Origin: a virus
Lineage: Duplodnaviria; Caudoviricetes
IMG/VR virus record: IMGVR_UViG_3300026085_000093
Span: 128,001 to 192,000 of that record
Reading direction: 5' to 3' (one strand)
DNA: 64,000 nt
The notes under the pieces were generated by a model. It had not been told where the DNA came from. It made no database searches and was given only the letters and a program-made list of their open reading frames with translations. A program made the translations under genes and the position numbers. Position 1 is the first letter of the stretch. Each line of letters opens with the position of its first letter. Below are positions 30,353 to 40,170 of the stretch, in pieces.

Positions 30353-33300
30353 TTGGCAGAAGACATAGAAATTAGTAATGTAGGTGGTCCCCGTCCAAGA
30401 GACGGCGTAGCCAGTGAAGCTACCTTACAGGCTTTATTAGCAGCAACTGAAAGACGAGGTGGCAGCGCCGGTAGCGTCACAGCAACACGTATACAAGAAA
30501 ATTATAATAAAGCACAAAAAGAAGGCACTGACAAAGTCAGTAAGTTAGGCAAAGCAGCAGAAGCAGCAAGCAAAGGTCTTAAAGGTTTTGCTAAAGAACT
30601 TGCGTTCGGAGGCACACGGGCTAGTGACTTTGCTGAAGCAATCTTTGGAAGTACAAATGTTGTAACAAGACTTACACGCTACTTGGATCACACAGTTGAT
30701 CAATTTAGAAGTTTAGCGTCAGTAGGTGCAAGTTTTGAAAACAGTATTTTTGAAATGATGAAAATAAGTGCAGAAGCATCAATGAGCCTTGATGACTTTG
30801 CACAAATGGTAAGAGACAATGCTGCAAACCTAGCGTTCTTTGGAGGTACTGTAACTAACGGTGCAAAACTTCTTGGAACATTCAGTCAAGAGTTTAGAAC
30901 AGGACTAGGTAGACAATTCTTTTCAATGGGTTTCACTATTGAAGATGTTAATGAAGGACTTATTGATTTTCTTTCAAACGAAAGAATGAGACAGTCGCAA
31001 GCACTGAGATTTGACGGAAAAACACAAGCAAGTGCAGCAAATTATATTTTACAACTTGATAGACTAGCAAAACTAACAGGTGAAGAACGCAGACAACTTG
31101 CTGACAGAATGGCACAGCAAATGACTGAAGCTAGAATTAGAAATCAGTTAAATCGATTAAATGAAAATGAACGCAACAACTTGCGTGGTGCCTTGACATT
31201 CTTTGACACAAGACTTCCTGGTTTTAGCGAAGGCTTCCAAGACCTAATGGATGGCGTTGCACAAACTGATTTAGGCAAAGCCTTAAGTCAGGCTATGCCT
31301 GGTATTGAAACTTATATGCAAAGAGTTTTTTCAGGTGAAGAAGAACTATCTGATGTTATTTCAACTTTGCAAAACAGATTTGGTCCTTCGTTAGAAAGAT
31401 TTTCGCAACAGTATGGCCCTGCGCAACTTACAGCAATGCAAAACAGTAGTAACGGTGTTGTTGCTGCACTTGCAAGTGTTGCAGACTATGCATACCAATT
31501 TAACAGTATAAGAGGTATTGATGCAGGACTAAGCGAAGAAGAACAAGGACGCAGAAATAGACTAACATCTGCATTAGGAAACTTTGAACAAGCAGTAACT
31601 GACGTAAGAAAATCAGTTGTAAGAGCATTTTTTGAAATTGTAGATGGCACTGACGGCAGAGGTGGATTACTTGAAGTGTTTGGTGAATTTGGAGAGGCTT
31701 TGAAAAATTTCTTTGCACCAGGTGCAGCAGGCGGTCTTAACACAGTAACAAGCAGTATAAAAGGGTTTTTAGATATAATTTTTGGTCCGCAAGGATTTGT
31801 TACTAGAGGATTGAGAAGATTTAACGAATTTTTAAATTCAGGAGAGGCAAGAGACGCATTGCAATATCTACAAGAAAAACTTATAGAGTTTAGTGATTAT
31901 CTAAAAAGTATTTTTACAGATCAAGACGGTAAGTTAACAATTATCGAAGGACTTAAAACACTTCTTAAAGACACATTCGCAACTATTATGGATTTTGCAT
32001 TTGGAGAACTCGAACAAGGACAAAATGGAGAACAGTTAAGAAAGGGCGGAATATTTTTAGGTATTAAAGAAAGTTTGATTGAGTTTTTTACAGGAACAGA
32101 ATTTGGACAAGCAATTACCGGAGGTATTACAACTGCATTTAACACTGTTGATCGGCATTTATCTAGAATATTAGGAATGCCAGCAGGTACAACAGTATCA
32201 GATTGGCTTAGTACTCAATTAACAGCAATTCAGAATGCATTTAACGGTCCAGACGGTGTATTATCTAAAATAACTACATTGTACAATGATATAAAGGGAT
32301 TTATAGGCACAAGCGGCCAAACAAGTCTAACACAATGGTTTGACAATACGTTAGCAACTATAAATTCTATGATAGAAACTGTAACAACGACAATGAATAG
32401 TACTGTTCAATACTTTAGAGATGCACTAGGTTTTGGACAAGGACAAACACTTCGTGAATGGTTTGACAGTACTTGGACAAGTATTGAAAATACCATGAAT
32501 ACCATTAATAACACTATCATTAATGTAATGGAAACAATAGCAAATACATTTGGATTTGCACCAGGAGGCCAAACGTTTCAAGAGTGGATGAACACAACAC
32601 TCACCGATTTACAAACTAGAATGCAATCATTTATTGATACCCAAATTACTGCTGTAAGAAAATTACTAGGCATGGAGGCTAACGAAACTTTTGATAGTTA
32701 TATTGATAGATTAATTCAATCGATGATAACTTCAATGGAAGCAGGCATATTGCAAATTCTAAAATCTTTAAGTGCTTATGCAAAGTCATTTATTCCAGGT
32801 GCTAGGATGACAAGCGCTCAACGTGATGATGCTATGAGTCGCTTTATGGCAGGCGAAAAACTTGACAGGAACGAATTACAAAGTTTAATACAAACTATAC
32901 GTGCAGAACAAGTTGATCAATCAATTGCAAATGGCAATGTTATTTCTGGAAATTTTGCTAAATTTTTAAACTTAATAACTGATCCTGTCTCAGACGCACT
33001 TAATTTAGATGCTCTTATGACCGATCCTGATGCATTACGTCAGAGTATCATAGCACTTTATGGTAATGCTCCTACCTTTCCTGAATTTTACAATGGAACA
33101 AATGGGTTCCGAGAGTTTGGTAGAGGAACTCATGCAATATTGCACGGTAATGAAGCAGTTGTGCCTAGGAATACAGAAGCAGGACAACTTCTAGATGCGT
33201 TCTACGAAAGGCAAGGTTCTATAGGCTCAAGTACGGACCAGACTCAGTTAATTCAGAAGCTAGATCAGTTAAATAACAATATGAAAATGGCTGTGCATTT

Positions 33301-33385
33301 GCTAAGTGAAGGACTAAGTGTTGAAAAAGGCATTGCTAGAAATACAAAAGGCAGTACTAACCTGTATAGGAGTTTAGGTAGATGA
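30353..33385 (+). CDS. Tape measure protein (1010 aa)
   Basis: Long helical Ala/Leu/Gln-rich protein with ~40-aa Trp-containing repeats (VSDWLST, LTQWFDN, LREWFDS, FQEWMNT) and C-terminal AILHGNEAVVP; adjacent to the chaperone gene. Confidence 0.8.
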   Translation: MAEDIEISNVGGPRPRDGVASEATLQALLAATERRGGSAGSVTATRIQENYNKAQKEGTDKVSKLGKAAEAASKGLKGFAKELAFGGTRASDFAEAIFGSTNVVTRLTRYLDHTVDQFRSLASVGASFENSIFEMMKISAEASMSLDDFAQMVRDNAANLAFFGGTVTNGAKLLGTFSQEFRTGLGRQFFSMGFTIEDVNEGLIDFLSNERMRQSQALRFDGKTQASAANYILQLDRLAKLTGEERRQLADRMAQQMTEARIRNQLNRLNENERNNLRGALTFFDTRLPGFSEGFQDLMDGVAQTDLGKALSQAMPGIETYMQRVFSGEEELSDVISTLQNRFGPSLERFSQQYGPAQLTAMQNSSNGVVAALASVADYAYQFNSIRGIDAGLSEEEQGRRNRLTSALGNFEQAVTDVRKSVVRAFFEIVDGTDGRGGLLEVFGEFGEALKNFFAPGAAGGLNTVTSSIKGFLDIIFGPQGFVTRGLRRFNEFLNSGEARDALQYLQEKLIEFSDYLKSIFTDQDGKLTIIEGLKTLLKDTFATIMDFAFGELEQGQNGEQLRKGGIFLGIKESLIEFFTGTEFGQAITGGITTAFNTVDRHLSRILGMPAGTTVSDWLSTQLTAIQNAFNGPDGVLSKITTLYNDIKGFIGTSGQTSLTQWFDNTLATINSMIETVTTTMNSTVQYFRDALGFGQGQTLREWFDSTWTSIENTMNTINNTIINVMETIANTFGFAPGGQTFQEWMNTTLTDLQTRMQSFIDTQITAVRKLLGMEANETFDSYIDRLIQSMITSMEAGILQILKSLSAYAKSFIPGARMTSAQRDDAMSRFMAGEKLDRNELQSLIQTIRAEQVDQSIANGNVISGNFAKFLNLITDPVSDALNLDALMTDPDALRQSIIALYGNAPTFPEFYNGTNGFREFGRGTHAILHGNEAVVPRNTEAGQLLDAFYERQGSIGSSTDQTQLIQKLDQLNNNMKMAVHLLSEGLSVEKGIARNTKGSTNLYRSLGR

Positions 33386-35112
33386 GTTGGAAAAAATATT
33401 TTACACCAGTAGCAACAAGTGCCAATCCTACCGGTAACTTCAGTCCCTTTAGTTTTACGCAAGGTCAAGGAATGGGACCAGCAGCAGCAAACTATTCATC
33501 TCACCTTCCTGATGTTTATGTTGGATCACCGAATCGTGTTGAGCGATATGGTCAATATAACACAATGGATAATGACTCAGAAGTTAATGCTGCACTAGAT
33601 ATCCTTGCAGAATTTTGCACACAAAAGAACAAACAGAACAATACACCTTTTAACATTTTGTTTAACAAAGGTGCAACAAAAAGCGAAGTACAAATTCTTA
33701 GTCAGTATCTAAAACAATGGTGCAAGATACAAGAATTTGAAAAACGCATGTTCCGTATCATAAGAAATGCATTTAAGTTTGGTGATCAATTTTTTATTAG
33801 AGATCCTGAAACACAAAAATGGTATCATGTTGATCCTGCTAATGTAACAAAAATTATTGTTAACGAATCGGAAGGCAAGCGTCCTGAGCAATATATTGTA
33901 AGAGATCTCAACATTGCTTTTGAAGGTCTAAGTGCAACAAAAATTAACACAAATCAAGTTTATGGGCCAGGAGGTAACAATCCTGGATACCAAACACTTG
34001 ACAACAAATATATGACAGGTAGAACTCCTGATCAAAGCACAAGCCGTTGGAGTCAAGATGCAAATGAAACTGCAATTGATGCAGAACATGTTGTGCACCT
34101 ATCAATGAGCGAAGGCCTAGACAACAACTACCCATTTGGTAACAGTCTACTAGAAACAATTTTTAAAGTTTACAAGCAAAAAGAATTATTAGAAGATGCG
34201 ATTATTATCTATCGTGTCCAACGTGCGCCAGAGCGCAGAGTATTCTACGTTGATGTGGGCAACATGCCTTCACACCTTGCTATGCAGTTTGTAGAGCGTG
34301 TAAAAACGGAAATACATCAAAGACGTATCCCATCCAAGACTGGTGGTGGCCAAAATGTCATAGACTCAAGTTACAATCCACTGTCAATCAACGAAGACTA
34401 CTTCTTTCCACAAACTGCTGAAGGCCGCGGCAGTAAAGTTGAAACGCTACCAGGTGGTACAAACTTAGGAGAGATTGATGATCTTAGGTATTTTACTAAC
34501 AAGTTGGTTCGTGGTTTACGCATACCTAGTTCTTATTTGCCCACAGGCGCTGATGACAGCAATTCACAGTACAATGATGGACGAGTAGGTACAGCATACA
34601 TTCAAGAACTACGTTTTAACAACTACTGTGAACGTTTACAAAAATTACTTACAGACAAATTTAATCAAGAATTTAAACTTTATCTAAGCAAAAAGGGTGT
34701 AAACATAGATGTAAGCATGTTTGATCTTGTTTTACAACCTCCACAAAACTTTGCAAGTTATAGACAAGCAGAACTTGATAACAACAGAATTTCAACATTT
34801 GCTCAAATGCAACAAATTCCGTTTATATCAAATCGTTTTGCACTGAAACGTTTTCTTGGACTATCAGAAGAAGAAGTCAAAGAAAATGAACGTTTATGGA
34901 TGGAAGAAAATGATGAATTCTTTGCAGCACAGGAGCAAGATGCATCTGCACAAATGAGAGGCGCAGGCATTACTGGTTCTGATATTGCAGGAGATCTTGA
35001 AGGCGCACAAGGCGAAGAACTAACAGGAGATGATGCTATTGGAGGCGATGATGGAAGTGTAATTGGCGGTGAAGAAAACGCTGCTGAGCCATCTCCGCAA
35101 GCAACAGCATAA
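33382..35112 (+). CDS. gp20: Portal protein, T4 gp20-like
   Basis: YKQKELLEDAIIIYRVQRAPERRVFYVDVGNMP...EDYFFPQTAEGRGSKVETLPGGTNLGEIDDLRYF. Confidence 0.95.
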   Translation: MSWKKYFTPVATSANPTGNFSPFSFTQGQGMGPAAANYSSHLPDVYVGSPNRVERYGQYNTMDNDSEVNAALDILAEFCTQKNKQNNTPFNILFNKGATKSEVQILSQYLKQWCKIQEFEKRMFRIIRNAFKFGDQFFIRDPETQKWYHVDPANVTKIIVNESEGKRPEQYIVRDLNIAFEGLSATKINTNQVYGPGGNNPGYQTLDNKYMTGRTPDQSTSRWSQDANETAIDAEHVVHLSMSEGLDNNYPFGNSLLETIFKVYKQKELLEDAIIIYRVQRAPERRVFYVDVGNMPSHLAMQFVERVKTEIHQRRIPSKTGGGQNVIDSSYNPLSINEDYFFPQTAEGRGSKVETLPGGTNLGEIDDLRYFTNKLVRGLRIPSSYLPTGADDSNSQYNDGRVGTAYIQELRFNNYCERLQKLLTDKFNQEFKLYLSKKGVNIDVSMFDLVLQPPQNFASYRQAELDNNRISTFAQMQQIPFISNRFALKRFLGLSEEEVKENERLWMEENDEFFAAQEQDASAQMRGAGITGSDIAGDLEGAQGEELTGDDAIGGDDGSVIGGEENAAEPSPQATA

Positions 35113-35115
35113 ATA
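35109..35115 (+). promoter_or_regulatory. Late promoter ATAAATA
   Basis: 5 nt upstream of ATG 35121. Confidence 0.65.
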
Positions 35116-35120
35116 ATTAC

Positions 35121-35372
35121 ATGATACTAAGAGAGCTTTACTATTTTGATAAACAAACAATGGAACCTGTAGAGGATCAGCGTTACAATAGTGACGATGA
35201 TACAACTTCTGTTGTTGCAATGGATGACACTCGTAAAACAAGATTGACATTTAAAGACATTAATAAAGCACGTAAAGCAGATGATATGCATAGACAAGAA
35301 AGTCAAAAAGATCTTGTGTATGTGAGGGCAATGTACGGATTGGCAGCAAATGCTGGAGAAGCCGCAGTGTAG
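35121..35372 (+). CDS. Hypothetical head-operon protein (83 aa)
   Basis: Follows the portal gene; TAAATA motif 5 nt upstream of the ATG. Confidence 0.7.
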   Translation: MILRELYYFDKQTMEPVEDQRYNSDDDTTSVVAMDDTRKTRLTFKDINKARKADDMHRQESQKDLVYVRAMYGLAANAGEAAV

Positions 35373-35384
35373 GAGTAACCAGCC

Positions 35385-36125
35385 TTGCCCGATAAGGAAA
35401 AAAATCGTATAGACGGCGAAACTAAACTACAAAGAAAAGCAAGAAAACGTTTAGAACGCTACCAGAAACAACAAGAAAAATTAAGAAAACATTTAGAAAA
35501 GTCAATTAAATTTGACGACGGCACACCTTCGACTAAAACTAATATTGCATTTGTATTAGGTAACGGAACTAGTAGAAAAGATATTCCTTTAGAACCATTA
35601 AAACAATACGGCTTAGTTTATGCATGTAATGCAGTTTATAGAGTATTTAGACCTGATCATTTAATTGCAGTTGATACAAAAATGATGAGAGAGATTACCG
35701 ATACAAGATACAACTATGACAATATGGTTTGGACAAATCCTAATAGATATTCGAGAAGTTTAGAATCTGTAAATTTAATGAACCCTAATTTAGGTTGGAG
35801 TAGCGGACCTACTGCACTTATGCTTGCAACACAACACAATCATGAAGAAATTTATATTTTAGGATTTGATTATAAAGGACTTGAAAACGGTACTAAAGTT
35901 AATAATATTTTTGCTGGCACTCCGAATTACAAACAAAAAGAAGATAGAGCAACTTATTACGGAAATTGGTCTAGACAGACAAATACATGTATAAAAAAGA
36001 ATTCGACTGTGAGATATATAAGAGTGATTGAAGACAAATCAAGTTTTATACCAGATAATTTATTAGGATTAGATAACTTAACGCATATAACTGTTGAAGA
36101 TTTTAGAAAAAAATTCAGCCTTTAA
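35385..36125 (+). CDS. Maf/DUF115/GT42 (Cst-II)-like Rossmann-type putative sugar transferase
   Basis: AFVLGNGTSR, YACNAVYR, HLIAVD, SSGPTALMLA, EIYILGFDY follow the GNGPS...CN...S(S)G...GxDF pattern of this superfamily; TTG start with AGGAG SD. Confidence 0.6.
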   Translation: MPDKEKNRIDGETKLQRKARKRLERYQKQQEKLRKHLEKSIKFDDGTPSTKTNIAFVLGNGTSRKDIPLEPLKQYGLVYACNAVYRVFRPDHLIAVDTKMMREITDTRYNYDNMVWTNPNRYSRSLESVNLMNPNLGWSSGPTALMLATQHNHEEIYILGFDYKGLENGTKVNNIFAGTPNYKQKEDRATYYGNWSRQTNTCIKKNSTVRYIRVIEDKSSFIPDNLLGLDNLTHITVEDFRKKFSL

Positions 36126-36187
36126 ATAGGATTCTTCTCAAAATAGTTCATTTTGAGCCTATTTCTACGTATATTTTCCCATTCTTG

Positions 36188-36194
36188 TTAAATA
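36188..36194 (+). promoter_or_regulatory. Late promoter TTAAATA for the prohead core operon
   Basis: Intergenic, upstream of an AAGGAG SD. Confidence 0.65.
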
Positions 36195-36230
36195 ATACTG
36201 ACAGCCTTGTAATCAGTAAAGGAGAATAAC

Positions 36231-37160
36231 ATGACTGACACTAATAAGTTCGAGGAAATGCTCGAAAAACTAGTTAATGAGGACCGTGAAGGTGCTGAAG
36301 AATTATTCCACGAGATTGTTGTAGAAAAATCACGTGAGATTTATCAATCAATTATTGAATCAGAAGAAGAAGTTGAAGAAACTACAGACGAAGAAGTAGA
36401 TGAAGCAACTGACGAAGAAGTAGACGAGTCAGAAGATGACTTAGACGAAGCAACTGACGAAGAAGTTGATGAATCAGAAGATGACATTGACGAAATGTTT
36501 GGCCTAGACGACATTGAAGCAGAAGCAGATGATCCAGTAATGGACCTAATGAAAGATGCAGGTGCAGATGATGCAGAAGGCGACGATATGGACATGGACG
36601 CAGACGACGAAGAAGGCGACATGGATAATGATGATCTAGAAGATAAAGTTATGGATCTAGAAGATGCTTTAGAAGACCTAAAAGCAGAATTTGAAAAAAT
36701 GATGGGTGATGAAGCAGATGACGACGAAGGCGATGAAGAGCCAGAAGAAGAAGCATTTGCTTTTGAATCAGACGATGAAGAAGTAGACGAAGCAGCAGAC
36801 GAAGAAGTTGACGAAGCAGCAGACGAAGAAGTTGAAGAGTCACGTACAAAAAGCGCAAGCGAACAAATGCGTGAGTATGTTGAAAAAGTTAGTGCTACAA
36901 TGGGCGACAACGGCGCACATACAAAATCACCAGTAGCAGGCAAAAATGATATGGGCGGCACAGCAGCAAATATCGCAACAGGCGGTGAAAGCAAAAGCGA
37001 AGGAACTGGTGCAGGTGCACCAAAAGAAGATAACGCAGGGAACGTAAATGTTCCAGGCGGTAAGGCTTCAAAATCAATGAAGTCACAACCTGGCCACGGC
37101 GCTGAGAAAAAGGGCAAGCCAGAGACTGCTGATAATAAAAAGTCTAACATAGGCTCTTAA
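36231..37160 (+). CDS. Highly acidic prohead core/scaffold-like protein (309 aa)
   Basis: Extremely Asp/Glu-rich with EEVDEA(T/A)D repeats; lies between portal and prohead protease like T4 core genes 67/68. Confidence 0.7.
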   Translation: MTDTNKFEEMLEKLVNEDREGAEELFHEIVVEKSREIYQSIIESEEEVEETTDEEVDEATDEEVDESEDDLDEATDEEVDESEDDIDEMFGLDDIEAEADDPVMDLMKDAGADDAEGDDMDMDADDEEGDMDNDDLEDKVMDLEDALEDLKAEFEKMMGDEADDDEGDEEPEEEAFAFESDDEEVDEAADEEVDEAADEEVEESRTKSASEQMREYVEKVSATMGDNGAHTKSPVAGKNDMGGTAANIATGGESKSEGTGAGAPKEDNAGNVNVPGGKASKSMKSQPGHGAEKKGKPETADNKKSNIGS

Positions 37161-37184
37161 ACAGCAGTATAATAGGACGAACGG

Positions 37185-37808
37185 ATGAATTTACTACGTG
37201 AACATATGAGTTTTGACCAGGCCAGAATGGTCGTTGAGTCTGCTAACGAAGGCAAAGACCTTTACATGAAAGGTATTTGCATACAAGGTGGTGTTAGAAA
37301 CGCCAATCAGCGTGTCTATCCTGTACAAGAGATTAGCAGGGCTGTCCAAACTCTTAATGATCAGATAGCCGGCGGATACTCAGTATGTGGCGAAGTTGAT
37401 CATCCTGAAGGACTAAACATTAACTTAGATCGTGTAAGTCATATGATCACAGATATGTGGATGGATGGCCCAAACGGTTACGGCAAGTTAAAAATTTTAC
37501 CAACACCGATGGGATCCCTTGTTAAAACAATGCTAGAAAGCGGCGTTAAACTTGGGGTTTCGTCACGTGGATCTGGAAACGTAAAAGAAGATGGATCCGG
37601 CGAAGTATCAGAATTTGAGATAATCACTGTAGACGTTGTTGCTCAACCGAGCGCACCGGGTGCTTATCCAACACCGATTTATGAACACCTAATGAACACA
37701 AATGGTGGATACAAGGCAATACTCACTTCGAGAGAAGTTCAAGGCGATAAAAAGGCACAAAAATATATTGCAGAGAGTCTATTTAAAATAATAGACAAGC
37801 TCCAATAA
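37185..37808 (+). CDS. gp21: Prohead protease, T4 gp21-like
   Basis: NANQRVYP, GEVDHP, LDRVSH, GVKLGVSSRGSG, DVVAQPSAPGA. Confidence 0.95.
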   Translation: MNLLREHMSFDQARMVVESANEGKDLYMKGICIQGGVRNANQRVYPVQEISRAVQTLNDQIAGGYSVCGEVDHPEGLNINLDRVSHMITDMWMDGPNGYGKLKILPTPMGSLVKTMLESGVKLGVSSRGSGNVKEDGSGEVSEFEIITVDVVAQPSAPGAYPTPIYEHLMNTNGGYKAILTSREVQGDKKAQKYIAESLFKIIDKLQ

Positions 37809-37820
37809 AAGGAGAAAATC

Positions 37821-38909
37821 ATGGAAGCTATCAAAGACCTTTTAGAGAGCGATGCAATTACAGAAGCAATGGCATCTGAAATACAAGAAGCATTTGACGC
37901 AAAAGTTAAAGAAAATAAACTTGCTGTTACAGCAGAACTACGTGAGGAGTTTGCAAAGAAATATGAACACGACAAAGGTGTTATGATCGAAGCAATCGAC
38001 GCTATGGTATCTGAAAAACTTTCAGAAGAAATGGCAGAATTCCACGAAGATCGTAAACAACTTGCAGAACAAAAAGCAAAATATGCTTTAGCAATGAAAG
38101 AAAATGCTAATCTAATGTCTCAGTTTGTAACTAAGACACTAGCAAATGAAATTTCAGAACTACACGAAGATCAAAAAACAATGGCAACTAAGTTTTCAGT
38201 GTTAGAAGACTTCGTAGTAGAGCAACTTGCATCAGAAATTGCAGAGTTCCAAGAAGATAAAAAGGACCTGGCTGAAACAAAAGTACGTTTAGTACGTGAA
38301 GCCAAGGCTCACTTCGAAAAAGTACGTAAGAACTTTATCGAAAGAAGTGCAACAGCAATTGAAAATGTTGTATCTACCGGTCTAAAGGCAGAAATATCTC
38401 AACTAAAAGAAGATATTGAAGCGGCTCGCAAAAATGATTTCGGACGTAAGATTTTTGAAGCATTTAGTTCTGAGTATATGAACTCACATCTAAATGAAAA
38501 ATCAGAAACTGCAAAACTTCTAAAACTTGTTGATGCAAAAAATAAACAAATTGCAGAAGCAAAAACTTTCGTAACGAAAGCAAAAGAAATTGCAGAAAGC
38601 AAAGATGCAGAAGTTAAGCGTCTTGTTGAAGCACAAAAACGTGCTAAAATCATGAGTGAACTTGTTTCACCATTGAGCAAAGACCAAAAAGACATTATGA
38701 CGGATTTACTGGAAACAGTTCAGACTACAAAACTACGTGAGTCGTTTGACAAGTACCTACCATCAGTTATTGACGGTAAAAGTCCAGCAAAGCAGAAGGC
38801 ACCACTAACAGAGGCAAAAGAAGTAACAGGCAATAGAGAAATTAGTTCAGACAGCAAGCAGATTGACACAAACGTTGTGGACATGAAAAGACTTGCTGGT
38901 TTAAATTAA
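37821..38909 (+). CDS. gp22: Prohead scaffold protein, T4 gp22-like
   Basis: Coiled-coil protein between protease and capsid genes, ending in MKRLAGL. Confidence 0.85.
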   Translation: MEAIKDLLESDAITEAMASEIQEAFDAKVKENKLAVTAELREEFAKKYEHDKGVMIEAIDAMVSEKLSEEMAEFHEDRKQLAEQKAKYALAMKENANLMSQFVTKTLANEISELHEDQKTMATKFSVLEDFVVEQLASEIAEFQEDKKDLAETKVRLVREAKAHFEKVRKNFIERSATAIENVVSTGLKAEISQLKEDIEAARKNDFGRKIFEAFSSEYMNSHLNEKSETAKLLKLVDAKNKQIAEAKTFVTKAKEIAESKDAEVKRLVEAQKRAKIMSELVSPLSKDQKDIMTDLLETVQTTKLRESFDKYLPSVIDGKSPAKQKAPLTEAKEVTGNREISSDSKQIDTNVVDMKRLAGLN

Positions 38910-38919
38910 GGAGATAATT

Positions 38920-40098
38920 ATGTCAGAACTATTAGAAAGTCGCTGGCAGGAGACAAAAGGTGCACTTCTTGAAGGCCTAAATGGTAACAAGAAAGCTGTA
39001 ATGGCGACAACACTTGAAAATACACGCAAGTATTTGTCAGAGAGTGCAACTTCAGGCGCAACTGCTGCTGGTAACATCGCAACACTAAACCGTGTGATCC
39101 TTCCTGTGATCAGACGTGTAATGCCAACCGTTATTGCTAACGAGTTGGTAGGCGTTCAGCCAATGACTGGTCCAGTCGGACAAATCCATACTTTAAGAGT
39201 ACGTTATAGTGACGCATTCACAGGTTCAGCAGGCGGAAGCACTGTCGCTGGCGAAGAAGCACTATCACCGTTCAAAATTGCAGAAGGTTATTCAGGTAAC
39301 ACAACATCTGCAGACACAGCCGGTGCAACAGGTGCTCTAGAAGGTATTGCTGGTAACAGACTAAGCATTCAGATCTTGAAGCAAACAGTCGAAGCCAAAT
39401 CACGTAAACTAAGCGCACGTTGGACATTTGAATCAGCGCAAGACGCTCAGTCACAGCATGGCATCGACGTAGAAGCAGAAATCATGGCAGCACTTGCTCA
39501 AGAGATTACTGCTGAGATCGACCAAGAAATCATCCGCAGCCTAACAACTCTTGCAGGTTCAGCGGTTGAAACATACGACCAAGCCGCTGTATCAGGTACG
39601 GCTACTTTTGTTGGCGACGAACACGCAGCACTTGCAGTTCAAATCAACAGAGTGTCAAACCTAATTGCACAGCGTACACGCAGAGGCGCAGGTAACTGGG
39701 CAGTTGTATCACCAACAGTACTAACACTACTACAAAGTGCAACAACATCTGCATTTGCTCGTACAACAGAAGGTACATTTGAAGCACCAACAAACACAAA
39801 AATGGTTGGTACACTAAACAACAGCATGAAAGTATATGTAAACACATATGCAGGTAATGACAATGTTCTAGTTGGCTACAAAGGTACATCAGAATCAGAC
39901 GCAGCAGCGTTCTACTGCCCATACATTCCATTAATGAGCAGTGGTGTTGTACTAGATCCATCAACATTCGAACCAACAGTGTCATTCATGACACGTTATG
40001 GTTACGTAGAACTATCAAACGCAGCATCGTCACTAGGCAATGCAGCGGATTACCTAGGTCTAGTTGGTGTAACAACAGCAAACCTAAGCTTCGCGTAA
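38920..40098 (+). CDS. gp23: Major capsid protein, T4 gp23 family (392 aa)
   Basis: LPVIRRVMPTVIANELVGVQPMTGPVGQI, VEAKSRKLSARWTFESAQD, YCPYIPL, FMTRYG. Confidence 0.97.
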   Translation: MSELLESRWQETKGALLEGLNGNKKAVMATTLENTRKYLSESATSGATAAGNIATLNRVILPVIRRVMPTVIANELVGVQPMTGPVGQIHTLRVRYSDAFTGSAGGSTVAGEEALSPFKIAEGYSGNTTSADTAGATGALEGIAGNRLSIQILKQTVEAKSRKLSARWTFESAQDAQSQHGIDVEAEIMAALAQEITAEIDQEIIRSLTTLAGSAVETYDQAAVSGTATFVGDEHAALAVQINRVSNLIAQRTRRGAGNWAVVSPTVLTLLQSATTSAFARTTEGTFEAPTNTKMVGTLNNSMKVYVNTYAGNDNVLVGYKGTSESDAAAFYCPYIPLMSSGVVLDPSTFEPTVSFMTRYGYVELSNAASSLGNAADYLGLVGVTTANLSFA

Positions 40099-40121
40099 GT
40101 TTTAGAATATATATTTTTAAG

Positions 40122-40147
40122 ATAGGCCCTGCGGGGCCTATTTTTAT
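40122..40147 (+). terminator. Intrinsic terminator after the capsid gene
   Basis: ataggccc-tgcg-gggcctat followed by a T run. Confidence 0.85.
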
Positions 40148-40154
40148 GTAAATA
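40148..40154 (+). promoter_or_regulatory. Late promoter GTAAATA for the CSD-like gene
   Basis: Immediately after the capsid terminator. Confidence 0.65.
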
Positions 40155-40170
40155 CTGTAAGGAGATACTA

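Noticed and set aside
36344-37150. 268-aa antisense ORF (Ser-rich)
   Set aside because: Mirror of the acidic GAA/GAC-rich prohead core gene; no SD or promoter; typical shadow ORF.
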